A stretch of DNA of 64,000 nucleotides from Porphyridium purpureum (taxonomy: Eukaryota). Both the position numbers and the translations under genes were made by a program. This document shows positions 8,070 through 18,318 of the stretch, piece by piece. The stretch spans positions 62,001-126,000 of the forward strand of contig VRMN01000003.1 of assembly GCA_008690995.1 (NCBI GenBank), read 5' to 3'. Position 1 is the first letter of the stretch. Each line of letters opens with the position of its first letter. The notes beneath the pieces were generated by a model. The model was given only the letters and a program-made list of their open reading frames with translations, was not told where the DNA came from and searched no databases.

Positions 8070-8853
8070 GGTTCCGCCCCGAGAGACGCCGTAGGGTTTT
8101 GAGTACAAAACCCCAGAAAGTTCTATGATGAAAGATTGTTCGAGAAGCGTGATGATCTCGGACCTGCGAAATGTTTGTCATTGTCGTTTTGTGTGGCCTT
8201 GTGCAAAGGTCAAAGGCCGGCCGAAGCTTCTGGATTCGTTCTTGACGCGCCCTCCCGGCCATTTTCCGGATACGTGGCCGGCTGTGGTTGCGAGTTGTGG
8301 AACGAATCAAAACCTGTGGTGGAAATTCGTCCTGTTGGAGAAATTTGTTCTCCCGTCCTTGCTGGAAAGAGCAAGGACGAAGGGTATAAAAGGACGAAGG
8401 GGCAAGCTGGTTCCCAGGAATTTCCAGGTCAAGGTAGAAGAAGAGGTAAGGGCAAATAGAATAAAAAGAGAATTGGTTAGTTGGATTGAGGCAGTCGTTG
8501 GAAGACTTGGGTTGGATTTGCGGGAGAGGCACGCTAGCGTGTTGTGCGAGCGGATATCGGTCTGGAGTGTTTTTAAAAAGGCAGCTGGGGTTTAAACGTA
8601 CCTTCCATCACCCTTCACTTGTCAAGACCGGTCCACTCCCTCTCGTAGTCCCCTATAAGTTGAATTTTCTGTCCTCTCTTCCTTTCTAGCCACTTTTCTC
8701 TGATTGTCCTGCTTGTCCTTCCGTTCGTTTCGGTGTGTCGGTTCGTCGTCGGTTTGTCAGTTTCCGGGGTGTGGCGGTTTCCAGTTCCTGTTATCGGTGA
8801 AGCGGTCCGGTTTTGTTGATTCGGTTACAAAGCAGAAAGGGAGAAATTCCAAG
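8057..8853 (+). repeat. 3' LTR
   Basis: Near-identical copy of 3093-3889, followed by the TSD ATTTC. Confidence 0.97.
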
Positions 8854-9032
8854 ATTTCGTAGGAGGCGCGCGGGGTTTGCGGTTCCGTCATGGAATGAGA
8901 ATTTGGCGGGCGTGCTGAGCTCGAGCAGGCTAAAGAGAGCCACGAGACAACCCACGCCACTGCCGTTGATGCTTGCCGCGCGCGGAACAAGCTAGGAAAC
9001 AGACCGGCATGATCGCGGCCGGACATCGGAGA

Positions 9033-9827
9033 ATGGGATTTGTGGGCGCCTGCGGTCCGCGCATGGGCGCGCGCCATGGCACACGGAAGAACGCTCTGGA
9101 TCGCAGCCCGCCGTGGCGACTGATGTCTGCTGGCGGCTCTAGGACAAGGCGACCGGAATGGCAATCTCTGCGCATGCGCGCTAGGGACGGTGGCGTTGAT
9201 GAGAAGGAATTGGGCAAGATGAGCCTGGGGCTGGGAATTCTCACTCTCGCGGTCGATTTTGCGAACCGGCTTGGCGTGCTCAATTCTGTTGAAGGCGTAC
9301 AAAGCCGGAGCGATCTCGTCGGGGTGATATGCGGCGTCACCATGATTCTGTACGGCCTGGCAACTCGTGATGTGAATGTCAGGGCAGAGCAGCAAGTTGA
9401 GCTGGATGGCCAATTTGTTGACGAAAAAGGTGCGGACGTTGTCAGTGAAAGCGCTCTCCAAAAGCTGCGCGGCGCCGCGCGCTCTGTGTGCGATGCCACG
9501 ACGGTGCGAAGCGTGATTGTCCTGAAAGCGGGGCAGGTGCTGTATCGATATGGTGTCATGGGTCAGGCTGCCACAGTCGACACCGACGCAGAAATCATCA
9601 AGCAAGCGCTGAGTAAGCCATCGCGCACGTACTTTGCCCGCGTGGAGATCTTGCCCGCGAAAGAGCAGCTCAACTTTTTGCCAAACAATGTCCAGGCAGT
9701 TCTTTTCGAGCCCCTTCCAGAAAATGGGCTCCTTATCCTGGGCGCGAGCAAGGTCCGTCCATTTACCCCTGAAGACTTTGGATGGATTCGAGCCTTGTCA
9801 AACCTGATTGCATCTCTTGAGCTTTGA
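9033..9827 (+). CDS. CCB4: Cytochrome b6f heme ci assembly factor of the CCB2/CCB4 family (CCB4-like), plastid-targeted
   Basis: ANRL...QSRSDLVGV...ILYGL and FLPNNVQAVLFEPL..NGLLILG...RPFT.EDFGWI; start MGFVGA resembles a transit peptide. Confidence 0.8.
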   Translation: MGFVGACGPRMGARHGTRKNALDRSPPWRLMSAGGSRTRRPEWQSLRMRARDGGVDEKELGKMSLGLGILTLAVDFANRLGVLNSVEGVQSRSDLVGVICGVTMILYGLATRDVNVRAEQQVELDGQFVDEKGADVVSESALQKLRGAARSVCDATTVRSVIVLKAGQVLYRYGVMGQAATVDTDAEIIKQALSKPSRTYFARVEILPAKEQLNFLPNNVQAVLFEPLPENGLLILGASKVRPFTPEDFGWIRALSNLIASLEL

Positions 9828-11100
9828 CTGGAGCCTTGAACACCATCTGAGGGAGCACCTACTTTTCGCGCAGACCCGTGCTGCAGTGAGGACAGAGGAC
9901 ACAGGGCCGAAGTTCGGAAACCTGGCGCCGCATGGATGGCTTCCTTTCAGCGCGGTGGTTGCGAGGCACTGCCAATCATAAAAAGGCCGCGGCTTTTGAC
10001 GGTCAGTCAGCAGTATGAGACGCCCTTATAATTTACTTTCTAGCCCTAGGGTCGGACCCTTTTCGAAAATGTACAAAAGGGAAATTTGCCGCCGCGCCCC
10101 ACGACTACCGCGGAGGGATGCCATTAGCACTACGAAGAGCCAATGCAGTTTCTGCATCGTTGGATGGCGCACCGTGTTTCTTCAAAACGCTGCGCCATCG
10201 TGCATGCCGTTCTGCCGCCTCTACCACGTCGTTCCTGGCCAGTCGGTAGACCTAGCAAGACACGAAGACGATTAAGCAGCATTCACTTTGTGTTTCACGT
10301 TCCTGGCTGAGGTTGCGCTGCCGCCGCAGCTGCCACAGCAGGCGCAGCAGCGCCCACTGATTCCACAAGCCTCGCGTGCAATGCCCGCGCGAGGATTTTC
10401 CGTTCGCAAGTCGTTGCGCGCCAAGCCTCGGCGTGAATTTGGAGCAAGCCGCGCACCGCGGCGCTGACTAGATGCTGACGGCACCGTCATTCCGCGCCAG
10501 CCACCTGTGTCACCATGCGTGCCGTGTAAAAACGGTCATCCCCCAATCCCCTCTTAAACCACTGGACGCTACATGCCACAAGCGTGTTTTTACTAGCGAG
10601 CTGCTCGCAAACGCAGACCCGGAATCTGCAGCTGACAGTTTGACTCCCGCACCCAGAGCGCTTGCAGGCGGAAACGGAAATCTATGAAAAATCGATTGAG
10701 AATGACGATCGCGTACGCGGTCATAAAGAAACAAGGTCACGCACGCACACATGCTTACTTGACAAGACGCGAAAACATGAATCCGGCATGTGTCGCCTCG
10801 GCCTGTCTGTCGGTTCTTGTGCACGTTGTGCATATTGTGCACGTGCGCGCTGGTGTGGGAATATAAGCTGGCTCAACGTGACGCGCGGAAAGGACTTTAG
10901 GGAAAGGGCTGCCGCAAGACGAAGGAAGCGCGACGTGCAGTGTTTGCAGAGATAAAGATTGCCATTGATCGTATACACCGCGCACGCGCTAGCGTGAGTG
11001 TCAAGAGTGATTGCCTCACCGGTTTGGCTGGACAATAGCAAGGTGTGGTTTCGACCGTGTGCAAGGCACAGAGGAAACGGCGCACGCAGAACGCGACAGG

Positions 11101-12039
11101 ATGGCTGGGATAGACTTGGGGAACGGGCACCGCCTCGCGCTCGAGGAGTACGGCTCGTGCTGGAGTATCGACCCGTTTGTGCTGCTGCACAATGCCGTGC
11201 GGCGTGATATGGTGGACTTGCTCATCATTGTCGAGTCGGTAGAAATGCGCAGAGGCCACCTGACCCTGGACGACCGGTCGGACCTGATTGAGTGGTGGCA
11301 TTTCTTCCAAAAGATCGTCACCGAGATGTTTGCGCTCGAGAACCGCGTGTTCTTTCCATGGGTATTCAAGGGTACCATGGCCAACGGAAAGGTAGACTCG
11401 GAGATGCAGACCGCCAAGGGCGAAATCATGTTCCAGCAACAGCAGGTCTCGCGCAAGTTTGTCGAGATTTCGCTCGAACTGAACCAGATCAAAGTCCTGG
11501 AATCTGGCATGGCCTCGCTTTGCCAAAAGGTCCGCAATGTTGTGATTGGTTTTTCGTACTACTTGCTGGATATGGAGAAGCGCCTGCGCCTTCTCATTGA
11601 AGTGCGATTCAAGCGCGAAGATCTCAGCGCGGTGGAGAAGAAGATGATGACCACGGTTCTTACCGAGCCAGACGGCGAGACGATTTATGCTGCGATTCTG
11701 CGCGGCGTGGCGAACTCAAAGCAGCTGCACCATGTCAAGGCCTACTTGTCGAGGAAGCAGCGCCACGACTACCCGCAGTGGGTGAAGAATCTGGAGACGA
11801 AGCACACGCACATTCCGCGCAAGTTCCTTGACAAGAACCCGCACCCGACACGCTCGCCTGCTTCGCATGCCACAGGTGCGGCCTCGCCCGTTCCCATGTC
11901 GCCTCGCGGCCACCACCCGGGCAGCGGCCGGCTGTCTCCGCAGCCGTCGAGCCTCGCGTCGCCCAGGAAGCAGAAGAGCAGCAGCATGTTTGGCGGACTC
12001 TCGCCGCGCAAGACCACTAGCCAGTCGCTTGCGGACTAG
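11101..12039 (+). CDS. Hypothetical protein with a hemerythrin-like helical domain and a Ser/Pro-rich tail
   Basis: Long ORF with strong GC3 codon bias; FVLLHNAVRRD and LENRVFFPW resemble hemerythrin HHE helices. Confidence 0.6.
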   Translation: MAGIDLGNGHRLALEEYGSCWSIDPFVLLHNAVRRDMVDLLIIVESVEMRRGHLTLDDRSDLIEWWHFFQKIVTEMFALENRVFFPWVFKGTMANGKVDSEMQTAKGEIMFQQQQVSRKFVEISLELNQIKVLESGMASLCQKVRNVVIGFSYYLLDMEKRLRLLIEVRFKREDLSAVEKKMMTTVLTEPDGETIYAAILRGVANSKQLHHVKAYLSRKQRHDYPQWVKNLETKHTHIPRKFLDKNPHPTRSPASHATGAASPVPMSPRGHHPGSGRLSPQPSSLASPRKQKSSSMFGGLSPRKTTSQSLAD

Positions 12040-12465
12040 CGCCATCGCGGCACGCACGAGCCGAGTCTTGATGCCGCGCCTCTTCTACTGACAAACTGAC
12101 TGTTCGAGGCATGCTAAAAAGCGGGGGCCAATCGCATGCTGTCGAAGGAACATGCGCTATGTCGACCTTCACACGGGGGGGTAGCTGGATAGACCAACAC
12201 CATGGCACAAATAAAGGAGTTCACCCAACTGTACCTTAGACGAAGCATTGCGACTGTTTCCGCCTCCGCCGACGCGCCGTGTAACTTGGCAGCTGCCCGA
12301 CGCGCATGGAAGGACGGCCCGTGCGACGTGGAAGGAGAAAGTCCATAAACTCGCGACGTTTTTGGCTGACTGCAGCGGGATAAAAGCGTTGCGCGCACGT
12401 CGACAGCGCAAACAGTGCAGGTGGACGGCGCGCGGAAGGAGGCACACAGGAAGGGGTGAAGTGAG

Positions 12466-12912
12466 ATGGAGACCAAGGCGATGGCAAGCGCGTACCGTGA
12501 CAACACCGGAATGACAGTGGACGTGTCCGAGCGCCACATGGCGCGCCAGATCAAGTACATGGATCACGCCGCGCACGACGTGGAGACGCACCTCAAGGCG
12601 CTGGCGCTGGAGCAGCGCCGCGAGCAGAACGCGTACGTGGGAGGCGACGTCGAGCGCCACAACAGGAGGATGGCAGAGCTGTGCACGCAGCATGGCAGCG
12701 CAATGCCGCGCGAAATGGCCGCGCACGAGTTCGAGGCTCGACTGGACGTCGTGTCGCGGTACAACCTCCGCATGCAGCGGCTGTGTGGCGCACACGCCAA
12801 CGCAAATCGGGGCACCCCGCTTCCCGCCGGCCAGCAAGCCCCCGTTGCTTATTTCGGTGCCGACAACGAAATTTACCAGCGCCGTCAGGAACGTCTGCTT
12901 GAAAGCTTCTGA
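12466..12912 (+). CDS. Hypothetical protein (148 aa)
   Basis: ATG-initiated ORF with high GC3 bias and a purine-rich leader; no family recognised. Confidence 0.6.
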   Translation: METKAMASAYRDNTGMTVDVSERHMARQIKYMDHAAHDVETHLKALALEQRREQNAYVGGDVERHNRRMAELCTQHGSAMPREMAAHEFEARLDVVSRYNLRMQRLCGAHANANRGTPLPAGQQAPVAYFGADNEIYQRRQERLLESF

Positions 12913-13368
12913 ACAGTCCTGGCGTGAAGCTGAAAGTCCCGTCGGCCGCCGGGTTTGTCAGCTCTTTAGGAAGCCAAATTGCCCATATTGTGAAAACCGT
13001 GTGAAACTATAAAATTAAGGGAGGGTTTAAGCCTCTCCTGATGTTTTCTGAATGATTGTCACGAGTCGGTTGATTTGGCGACGGAATTTCGAACATTCTT
13101 TCGCAATAGCCCGGCGCCGAAGCAGACGACTGCAGAAGAGTTGCCGCGGTCAACATCCAATGCTCTGGTGAATGCACCAGTGCCGTATCTATCTCGTCAT
13201 GTGTAGTGCAACGGCAAAGACTCGCGATCTGCATTGCGCGTCCAAGTACAACTCCTTACCCCTTCAAGAAAATCATAGTGTGCCACGAGCACTCGGGCCT
13301 GAGGGAAAACTCTGCGATGCACACCAATCTTTCTTTCTCTTCGGCTACGCAGATGACCATACCCCTCG

Positions 13369-15312
13369 TCACCAGGGAAAGTGCTTCATAGCGACGTACT
13401 GGTTCAGCACATAGTCCAGAACTTTGGCCTCTTCATGTTCAGTAAGCTTTCGGGATCCGTACTGCCACCCTGAAACAATCTCAACGACTTTGTAGAGATT
13501 CTTCATGTCTTTCTTCTTCTCCGTGTCCGTGCCGCTGGGGTTCACAAATTGCACAACCCTTTCTAGTTCGGAACTGAGGACCTGGTAGAGCGTCCGGTGC
13601 TTTTGGGAGCCCACCACGCGCGTGACCGTCACAGCACGTGCGCTGCCGGCCACAGCCCCAGAACGGACATGCGGGCCGGAAGTCCCGCGATCTCCGTTGT
13701 TGTCAGTTCTTGCTGTGGACGACCGTGCGAGGTGTTTTCCGAGTCCAGCAGATGCGCCCGCTTTCAGGCGAAGAACGTCCAAGTCCCCTGCATACAATGT
13801 GTTCAAATCACATGGCGAAGCTGCACACGTGTGCAATCTCGAGACCGGTTCGGAAAGATAGTGAACATCGGGCACGAGTTCCAATGCTCGATAGTGTTCC
13901 ACATTGGCATTTGCGCTGCTCAGAAGAATGCATTCTGACGCCGACTTTGGTCCCCGCGTGTCGGGTGACAGTGAGCTCAACCTCAGCAAGCCGTCTGTTT
14001 TGGCCTTCTGTCTCCATTTTTCCACATCCCTGAGCTCAGTGCCGGCAATGCCAGCACCAAACGCCTTGGATGGTGCCATGGCCACTATCTCGGCTATTGC
14101 ACGAAGATCTGATTCAAGCGGACTGCGCGTATTCTGTATTTCCCCACTCTGAGCCAAGTCATCGTCGCTCAGCTTTGACCAAACCGCTGCAGCAACCTGA
14201 AACGGTAACAGTGGTCCATCATGCGCCGGAAACGTTTCCAGGAACTCATCCATGACTGACTGTACTTCATGATCCTTGTCGACGGGGCTGCTCAAAAGAG
14301 TCATATCCTGATCTTCCGGGGACTTTGCGAACGAAGACGCGCGCGTTTCCTTTCCTCGCTTTGACCAGCTTTCCGGGGCCTCACGTGAGGCATGCAGAGC
14401 CGCGGAACGCGGGCGCTTTGCTGGGTATTCAGGACGGGCAGATGGGTGACTTTGCGAAGATGTTGGCTCTGGAGCTGGCTTGACCATTTCATCCGCGCCC
14501 GCGAACACATTGTGGGCTTGATCATGAGCGTTGTGATCACTTATTACGGGAATACCCTCTGCAATTGTTCGAATAAAACTCGACTTCGCCATTCGGCAAG
14601 CCCCGGCAAGAGTTACATCATAATTGTCTTGCAACCCGTTCCTCTCACTGTGCTCAAATGCTTCAAACGACATTTCCGGCAGGTGCAGCAAGGCGCGATG
14701 TATGCCGTGAGATATTCGCACTTTGGAGTCTTTGTTCCCCTGCTTCTGGAGAGTTTTCGGACGGAGGACCGCAAGTGCCGGTATTTGCAGGTCCGTCAGT
14801 GAACTAGAGTATGAGTCGTCGCGACGGGTACCCGCTCTCAAATCTGAGCAATCAAGGACAAGATCCCAGTGCGTTCCGAGTTGCGCATGCAGGTCCATAC
14901 CGCGCTCCGCAGCATGGTTCAAGATTTTCTGCAGGGTGGCATCAGAGCTTACCTTTGCACTCTTCGTAAGAACCAACTGTGCGCTGAGCACAACATCCGC
15001 ATCTGATGTGAGTTCGAACCCACGGGCTCGTGTCATGAACTTCAGGACATGGAGGATGTCTTGCTCAGACAGGTCACGCATCGCCTTCTCATGTTCATCC
15101 TGAGCCTGGCCAGTGTGATTGATGTTGCACTTAAGACGCAGCAACAACACCTCATCCAGATGCAGGCGTTCTGCGGCGGCGGTGCCATGGTCTCCCTCTT
15201 TCGCGTTCGGCGCATACACCGCCGCTGCACTTTCGGCAACACATCTCCAGAGGGCAGGTGACACAAGCAGACTCTTGATCAAACACGGGCGTGACTCGAT
15301 GAGCGCGTCCAT
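13369..15312 (-). CDS. Hypothetical protein (about 647 aa)
   Basis: Long uninterrupted ORF; first ATG at 15312, divergent from the 2OG oxygenase gene; no family recognised. Confidence 0.7.
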   Translation of the reverse strand: MDALIESRPCLIKSLLVSPALWRCVAESAAAVYAPNAKEGDHGTAAAERLHLDEVLLLRLKCNINHTGQAQDEHEKAMRDLSEQDILHVLKFMTRARGFELTSDADVVLSAQLVLTKSAKVSSDATLQKILNHAAERGMDLHAQLGTHWDLVLDCSDLRAGTRRDDSYSSSLTDLQIPALAVLRPKTLQKQGNKDSKVRISHGIHRALLHLPEMSFEAFEHSERNGLQDNYDVTLAGACRMAKSSFIRTIAEGIPVISDHNAHDQAHNVFAGADEMVKPAPEPTSSQSHPSARPEYPAKRPRSAALHASREAPESWSKRGKETRASSFAKSPEDQDMTLLSSPVDKDHEVQSVMDEFLETFPAHDGPLLPFQVAAAVWSKLSDDDLAQSGEIQNTRSPLESDLRAIAEIVAMAPSKAFGAGIAGTELRDVEKWRQKAKTDGLLRLSSLSPDTRGPKSASECILLSSANANVEHYRALELVPDVHYLSEPVSRLHTCAASPCDLNTLYAGDLDVLRLKAGASAGLGKHLARSSTARTDNNGDRGTSGPHVRSGAVAGSARAVTVTRVVGSQKHRTLYQVLSSELERVVQFVNPSGTDTEKKKDMKNLYKVVEIVSGWQYGSRKLTEHEEAKVLDYVLNQYVAMKHFPW

Positions 15313-15487
15313 GGCCGAATGCGGGATGAGCCCTTTCGTCCGTCCTCGAACCGAGCGCACGACGTCGTTGCCGCAAGGACGTCTCACACCAGTTCAAGCT
15401 GGTGACTCCCAACAAACAATTAAGATTTCATTGGAGTGCGGGGGAAGAACGACGCGAGGAAACGAGTCACGCGCATTAGCCAGCCGC

Positions 15488-16483
15488 ATGACGTTTGTGG
15501 CGTTGGGTGCTCCCTTCATTCGCTTGGTGGGGCAGGGTGCAGCTTACTTGTGCGGGTCAAAGTTGAACCCCGGCCTGCGTGTCAATTTGTTGCGAGCACG
15601 CACGATCCCACGAAAGCCAGTGCTGTGCCGTCATTCAGTAGGCGTAGTTCTGCCGGGCACCTCGTCGAATTCAGCACGCCTCGTGAAGCACTGGCTCCCG
15701 AAAGAGCTTTGTGCGCAGCTGGTTTACCTGGCGGAGACAGCCGGCGCGTACTCGCGCGACGAGGAATTGTTGGATGGCGCTGAACTGTATCAGCACGACG
15801 TTTACGCAGACAACGGTCAGCTGCAACTTGAAGGTGGTGGAACCGAGATCAATCGCCTTCTCGGTACTGCGTCGACCGAGCTGCGCGCGCTGCTTTTCCC
15901 GCAAATGCACGACCGCGTGCGAGCGCTGGTGAACCAGGCGTGGATAAGCAAGAGCGGCGATCGTCTTTCGTGTTCGGAAGACGAACTAGCACATCTGGCT
16001 CGACTCCGAATCTCATTTTGCTTTTTAAGAAAATACTCCCCCGACACGCGTCCGGGGCTCGTTTTGCACAGCGACGAGAGTTACATGTCTGTGATCGTCG
16101 CACTGAACGCGCCGGACGAATACGCGGGTGGCGAATTTGGAATCGCTGACTCAACAGTGAGCGCGCTGCTGGGCATCGAGGAACCGTACGGCGGCTACCA
16201 GAGCCACGCAATAGGCCAGAGCACTCTAGAAACTTGTGTCCGGAACGCGAACAGAGTCGGCGACATTGAATATCGTGCACGTGTGGAACGCGTGAAACTG
16301 GACGTAGGCAGCGCGCTGCTGCATCCGGGCTCCCTGTTCCACTTTGTCGACCCCGTCACAAGTGGTACGCGCTATTCACTCATCTTGTTTTTGGATACGG
16401 ACGAAAAAGTAGAGCAGACAGGCGAGCATTATGCAAGTGACGACGGCTCCTCTCGAACCCTTCCAGACAGACTCGGCGCGTAG
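15488..16483 (+). CDS. 2-oxoglutarate/Fe(II)-dependent dioxygenase (prolyl-hydroxylase-like), probably plastid-targeted
   Basis: FLRKY...LHSD (HxD), VALN..EYAGGEF, FHFVDPVTSGTRYSLILF (distal His plus RxS); start MTFVA. Confidence 0.85.
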   Translation: MTFVALGAPFIRLVGQGAAYLCGSKLNPGLRVNLLRARTIPRKPVLCRHSVGVVLPGTSSNSARLVKHWLPKELCAQLVYLAETAGAYSRDEELLDGAELYQHDVYADNGQLQLEGGGTEINRLLGTASTELRALLFPQMHDRVRALVNQAWISKSGDRLSCSEDELAHLARLRISFCFLRKYSPDTRPGLVLHSDESYMSVIVALNAPDEYAGGEFGIADSTVSALLGIEEPYGGYQSHAIGQSTLETCVRNANRVGDIEYRARVERVKLDVGSALLHPGSLFHFVDPVTSGTRYSLILFLDTDEKVEQTGEHYASDDGSSRTLPDRLGA

Positions 16484-17480
16484 CTCCACATCTCCCAGCG
16501 AGGTGGCAGGCCCGCTGCTGGACTGCTCAGTACAACTAGAGGGCGGAGCGACATTTCGCGTTGCGCAGGTAGGGGATACAGTATCGCGGACTCGGATTCC
16601 AGTACTCTTGATTCTCGGCTTAGGAAGCCATCGATATATGTCGGCCTACTATCATGATCTTTGCGCGCAGAATTCAGTATGGCTTCTGTGCATAGACCGT
16701 GAGGATAGAGCCTTGGAAGGAGAAGGGGAGTCCAAGTTGCAGCTCGTTGCGCGCCAAATGCTTGAAGTGCTCACGATGATGAAGGTAGACTGCCACTTTG
16801 GCGTGGTCGCGCAGTCGTGCGGCACATTATACGCGACTGCACTGGTAGAGCTGGTCGCAAGCAGGAAAGATCTGAGCTGCGTTTTTGTAGGACTGATATC
16901 GCCCTTTCTCCCACTCGACTTCCGTGGAGGGAACATGGTGCTGCGAGCGGCGCGCAGAGCGCCCGAATTTATTGCCAAGCCTTTGGTTCTCCGTGTGGGA
17001 AAGCTTATTTCGGATGAGAAAATTGCTGAGGTTGCTCCGGAGGCCATTGCGAAAAGCCTTATAAAGGAAGGCGGTGGTGAGCTTACGCAAAAAGATCTCG
17101 ACTTGCTCGCTGCTTGCTTTGCCAAAAACGCCGTGGAAATGCGGACTGCATGCCATGTGGATGACATTCTGGTGTGTCTGGAAAAGCAGGCGAGGAAGCG
17201 TGATGTGAGCCAATTGGACCTTCAAGTTCTGGACCACAGTCGCACGCACATTTGGCATGGGACGCACGATCGGATGATTCCTCACAGGGCGGTAAGCCGT
17301 TTCCATCGCCAAATGAGCAATCAAGTTGGCCTGACCACGGTGCCACGGGCAACACACAATCTCATGATGCATAAGCGCGTCTTTGCCGACGTGCTCGCGA
17401 GGCTTAAGATAGCCCACTCCGAAGCAAAGGCAGAGCAAGGAAGGAAGTCGACCATCGATATCAACGGATGCAGTGTTTAG
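16431..17480 (+). CDS. Alpha/beta-fold hydrolase
   Basis: Nucleophile elbow AQSCG, HIWHGTHDRMIP (acid), ATHNL (His). Confidence 0.8.
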   Translation: MQVTTAPLEPFQTDSARSSTSPSEVAGPLLDCSVQLEGGATFRVAQVGDTVSRTRIPVLLILGLGSHRYMSAYYHDLCAQNSVWLLCIDREDRALEGEGESKLQLVARQMLEVLTMMKVDCHFGVVAQSCGTLYATALVELVASRKDLSCVFVGLISPFLPLDFRGGNMVLRAARRAPEFIAKPLVLRVGKLISDEKIAEVAPEAIAKSLIKEGGGELTQKDLDLLAACFAKNAVEMRTACHVDDILVCLEKQARKRDVSQLDLQVLDHSRTHIWHGTHDRMIPHRAVSRFHRQMSNQVGLTTVPRATHNLMMHKRVFADVLARLKIAHSEAKAEQGRKSTIDINGCSV

Positions 17481-17877
17481 AGGCTTTACTGTAAAGAAGG
17501 AGCACGCAAACTCAAGAGGCAGAACCCAAGGGGAAGTCTTCGCGAGCGTGAGCGTACGAGTATCGCGGCTCTAAGCCTGACGAACACGCCGCACCGTTAT
17601 GGGCGAACAACTTGCCCAGAAGACCAGCCGATTACACAAAAATTTGTGTAGAATGCGCGCCTTGTCTTCGGATTCATAAATAGGGCCGAAATCCAAGCCT
17701 CTAAAGCTCGACAGCCTCATGTCTGGTTGCGGCCAGAGCCCACGAAAGGGCCGAGCTCGCCATCTCACACCCGACCGCGCGATTGTCTATATGTCGTGCC
17801 CCCAAACCGCCAGCCCTTCACAAGTCGGCCACTCAACTCTGCAGCACCGCCGTCAAGCTCCTCATGCCGAAGCCGTC

Positions 17878-18048
17878 TTACCTGAGCTTTGACCAGCCCA
17901 TGTCCTTCGCGCGCTCGCGGAAGCAGCGACGGCATGTATCGAGGCCGTACTTTCGGATCAGGCCATGTCGGTTCGCGCAGATGCGGCACTGACGGCCGCC
18001 CTTGCTGTGCGCCTTGGGATGACTGTTCCACACCAAATCGTGACCCAT
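17878..18048 (-). CDS. RPS29: 40S ribosomal protein S29 (uS14), 56 aa
   Basis: Translated by hand: [56 protein letters not shown], with the C-x2-C...C-x2-C zinc finger and GLIRKYGL. Below the ORF-track length cutoff. Confidence 0.97.
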   Translation of the reverse strand: MGHDLVWNSHPKAHSKGGRQCRICANRHGLIRKYGLDTCRRCFRERAKDMGWSKLR

Positions 18049-18122
18049 GCTGCCTATCTACCTGTCCAATCCCAACGCCCGTCCCTTTCCCCTTTCCGCT
18101 CTTCCACCTTTTCTCTACTCGC

Positions 18123-18168
18123 CTCTGTCTCTCCCTCTCCCTCTCCTCTCTCTCTCTCTCTCTCCCTC
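18123..18168. repeat. (CT)n/(AG)n simple repeat in the RPS29 upstream region
   Basis: ctctgtctctccctctccctctcctctctctctctctctctccctc. Confidence 0.7.
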
Positions 18169-18318
18169 ATCAAGCCTTCGCACCAACCTACTACCCAGTA
18201 TCAACGCACGATGAAGTTCGTATGTTTTCATATGAAATCACATCGTTTACATAGAAAAACGTCGCCGGCGCCTCCTCTTCCCCCGCCTTCTTACGCTTCG
18301 TCTTTGTTCATACACACA

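Larger units (their letters stand above)
3093..8853 (+). mobile_element. Full-length LTR retrotransposon (5761 bp) with copia-order pol and gypsy-like gag/protease
   Basis: 797-bp direct repeats at 3093-3889 and 8057-8853; 5-bp TSD ATTTC at 3088-3092 and 8854-8858; PBS, PPT, and uninterrupted gag and pol frames. Confidence 0.97.

Noticed and set aside
3095..8851. Canonical TG...CA boundaries for the retrotransposon
   Set aside because: They give no target-site duplication, and LTR identity extends 2 nt further on both sides.
15119..15487. Long 5' ORF extensions and overlaps in the ORF track (also 29991-30484, 55658-56032, 21840-22034)
   Set aside because: They come mostly from non-ATG starts and stop-poor GC-rich DNA; downstream ATGs give non-overlapping divergent pairs.
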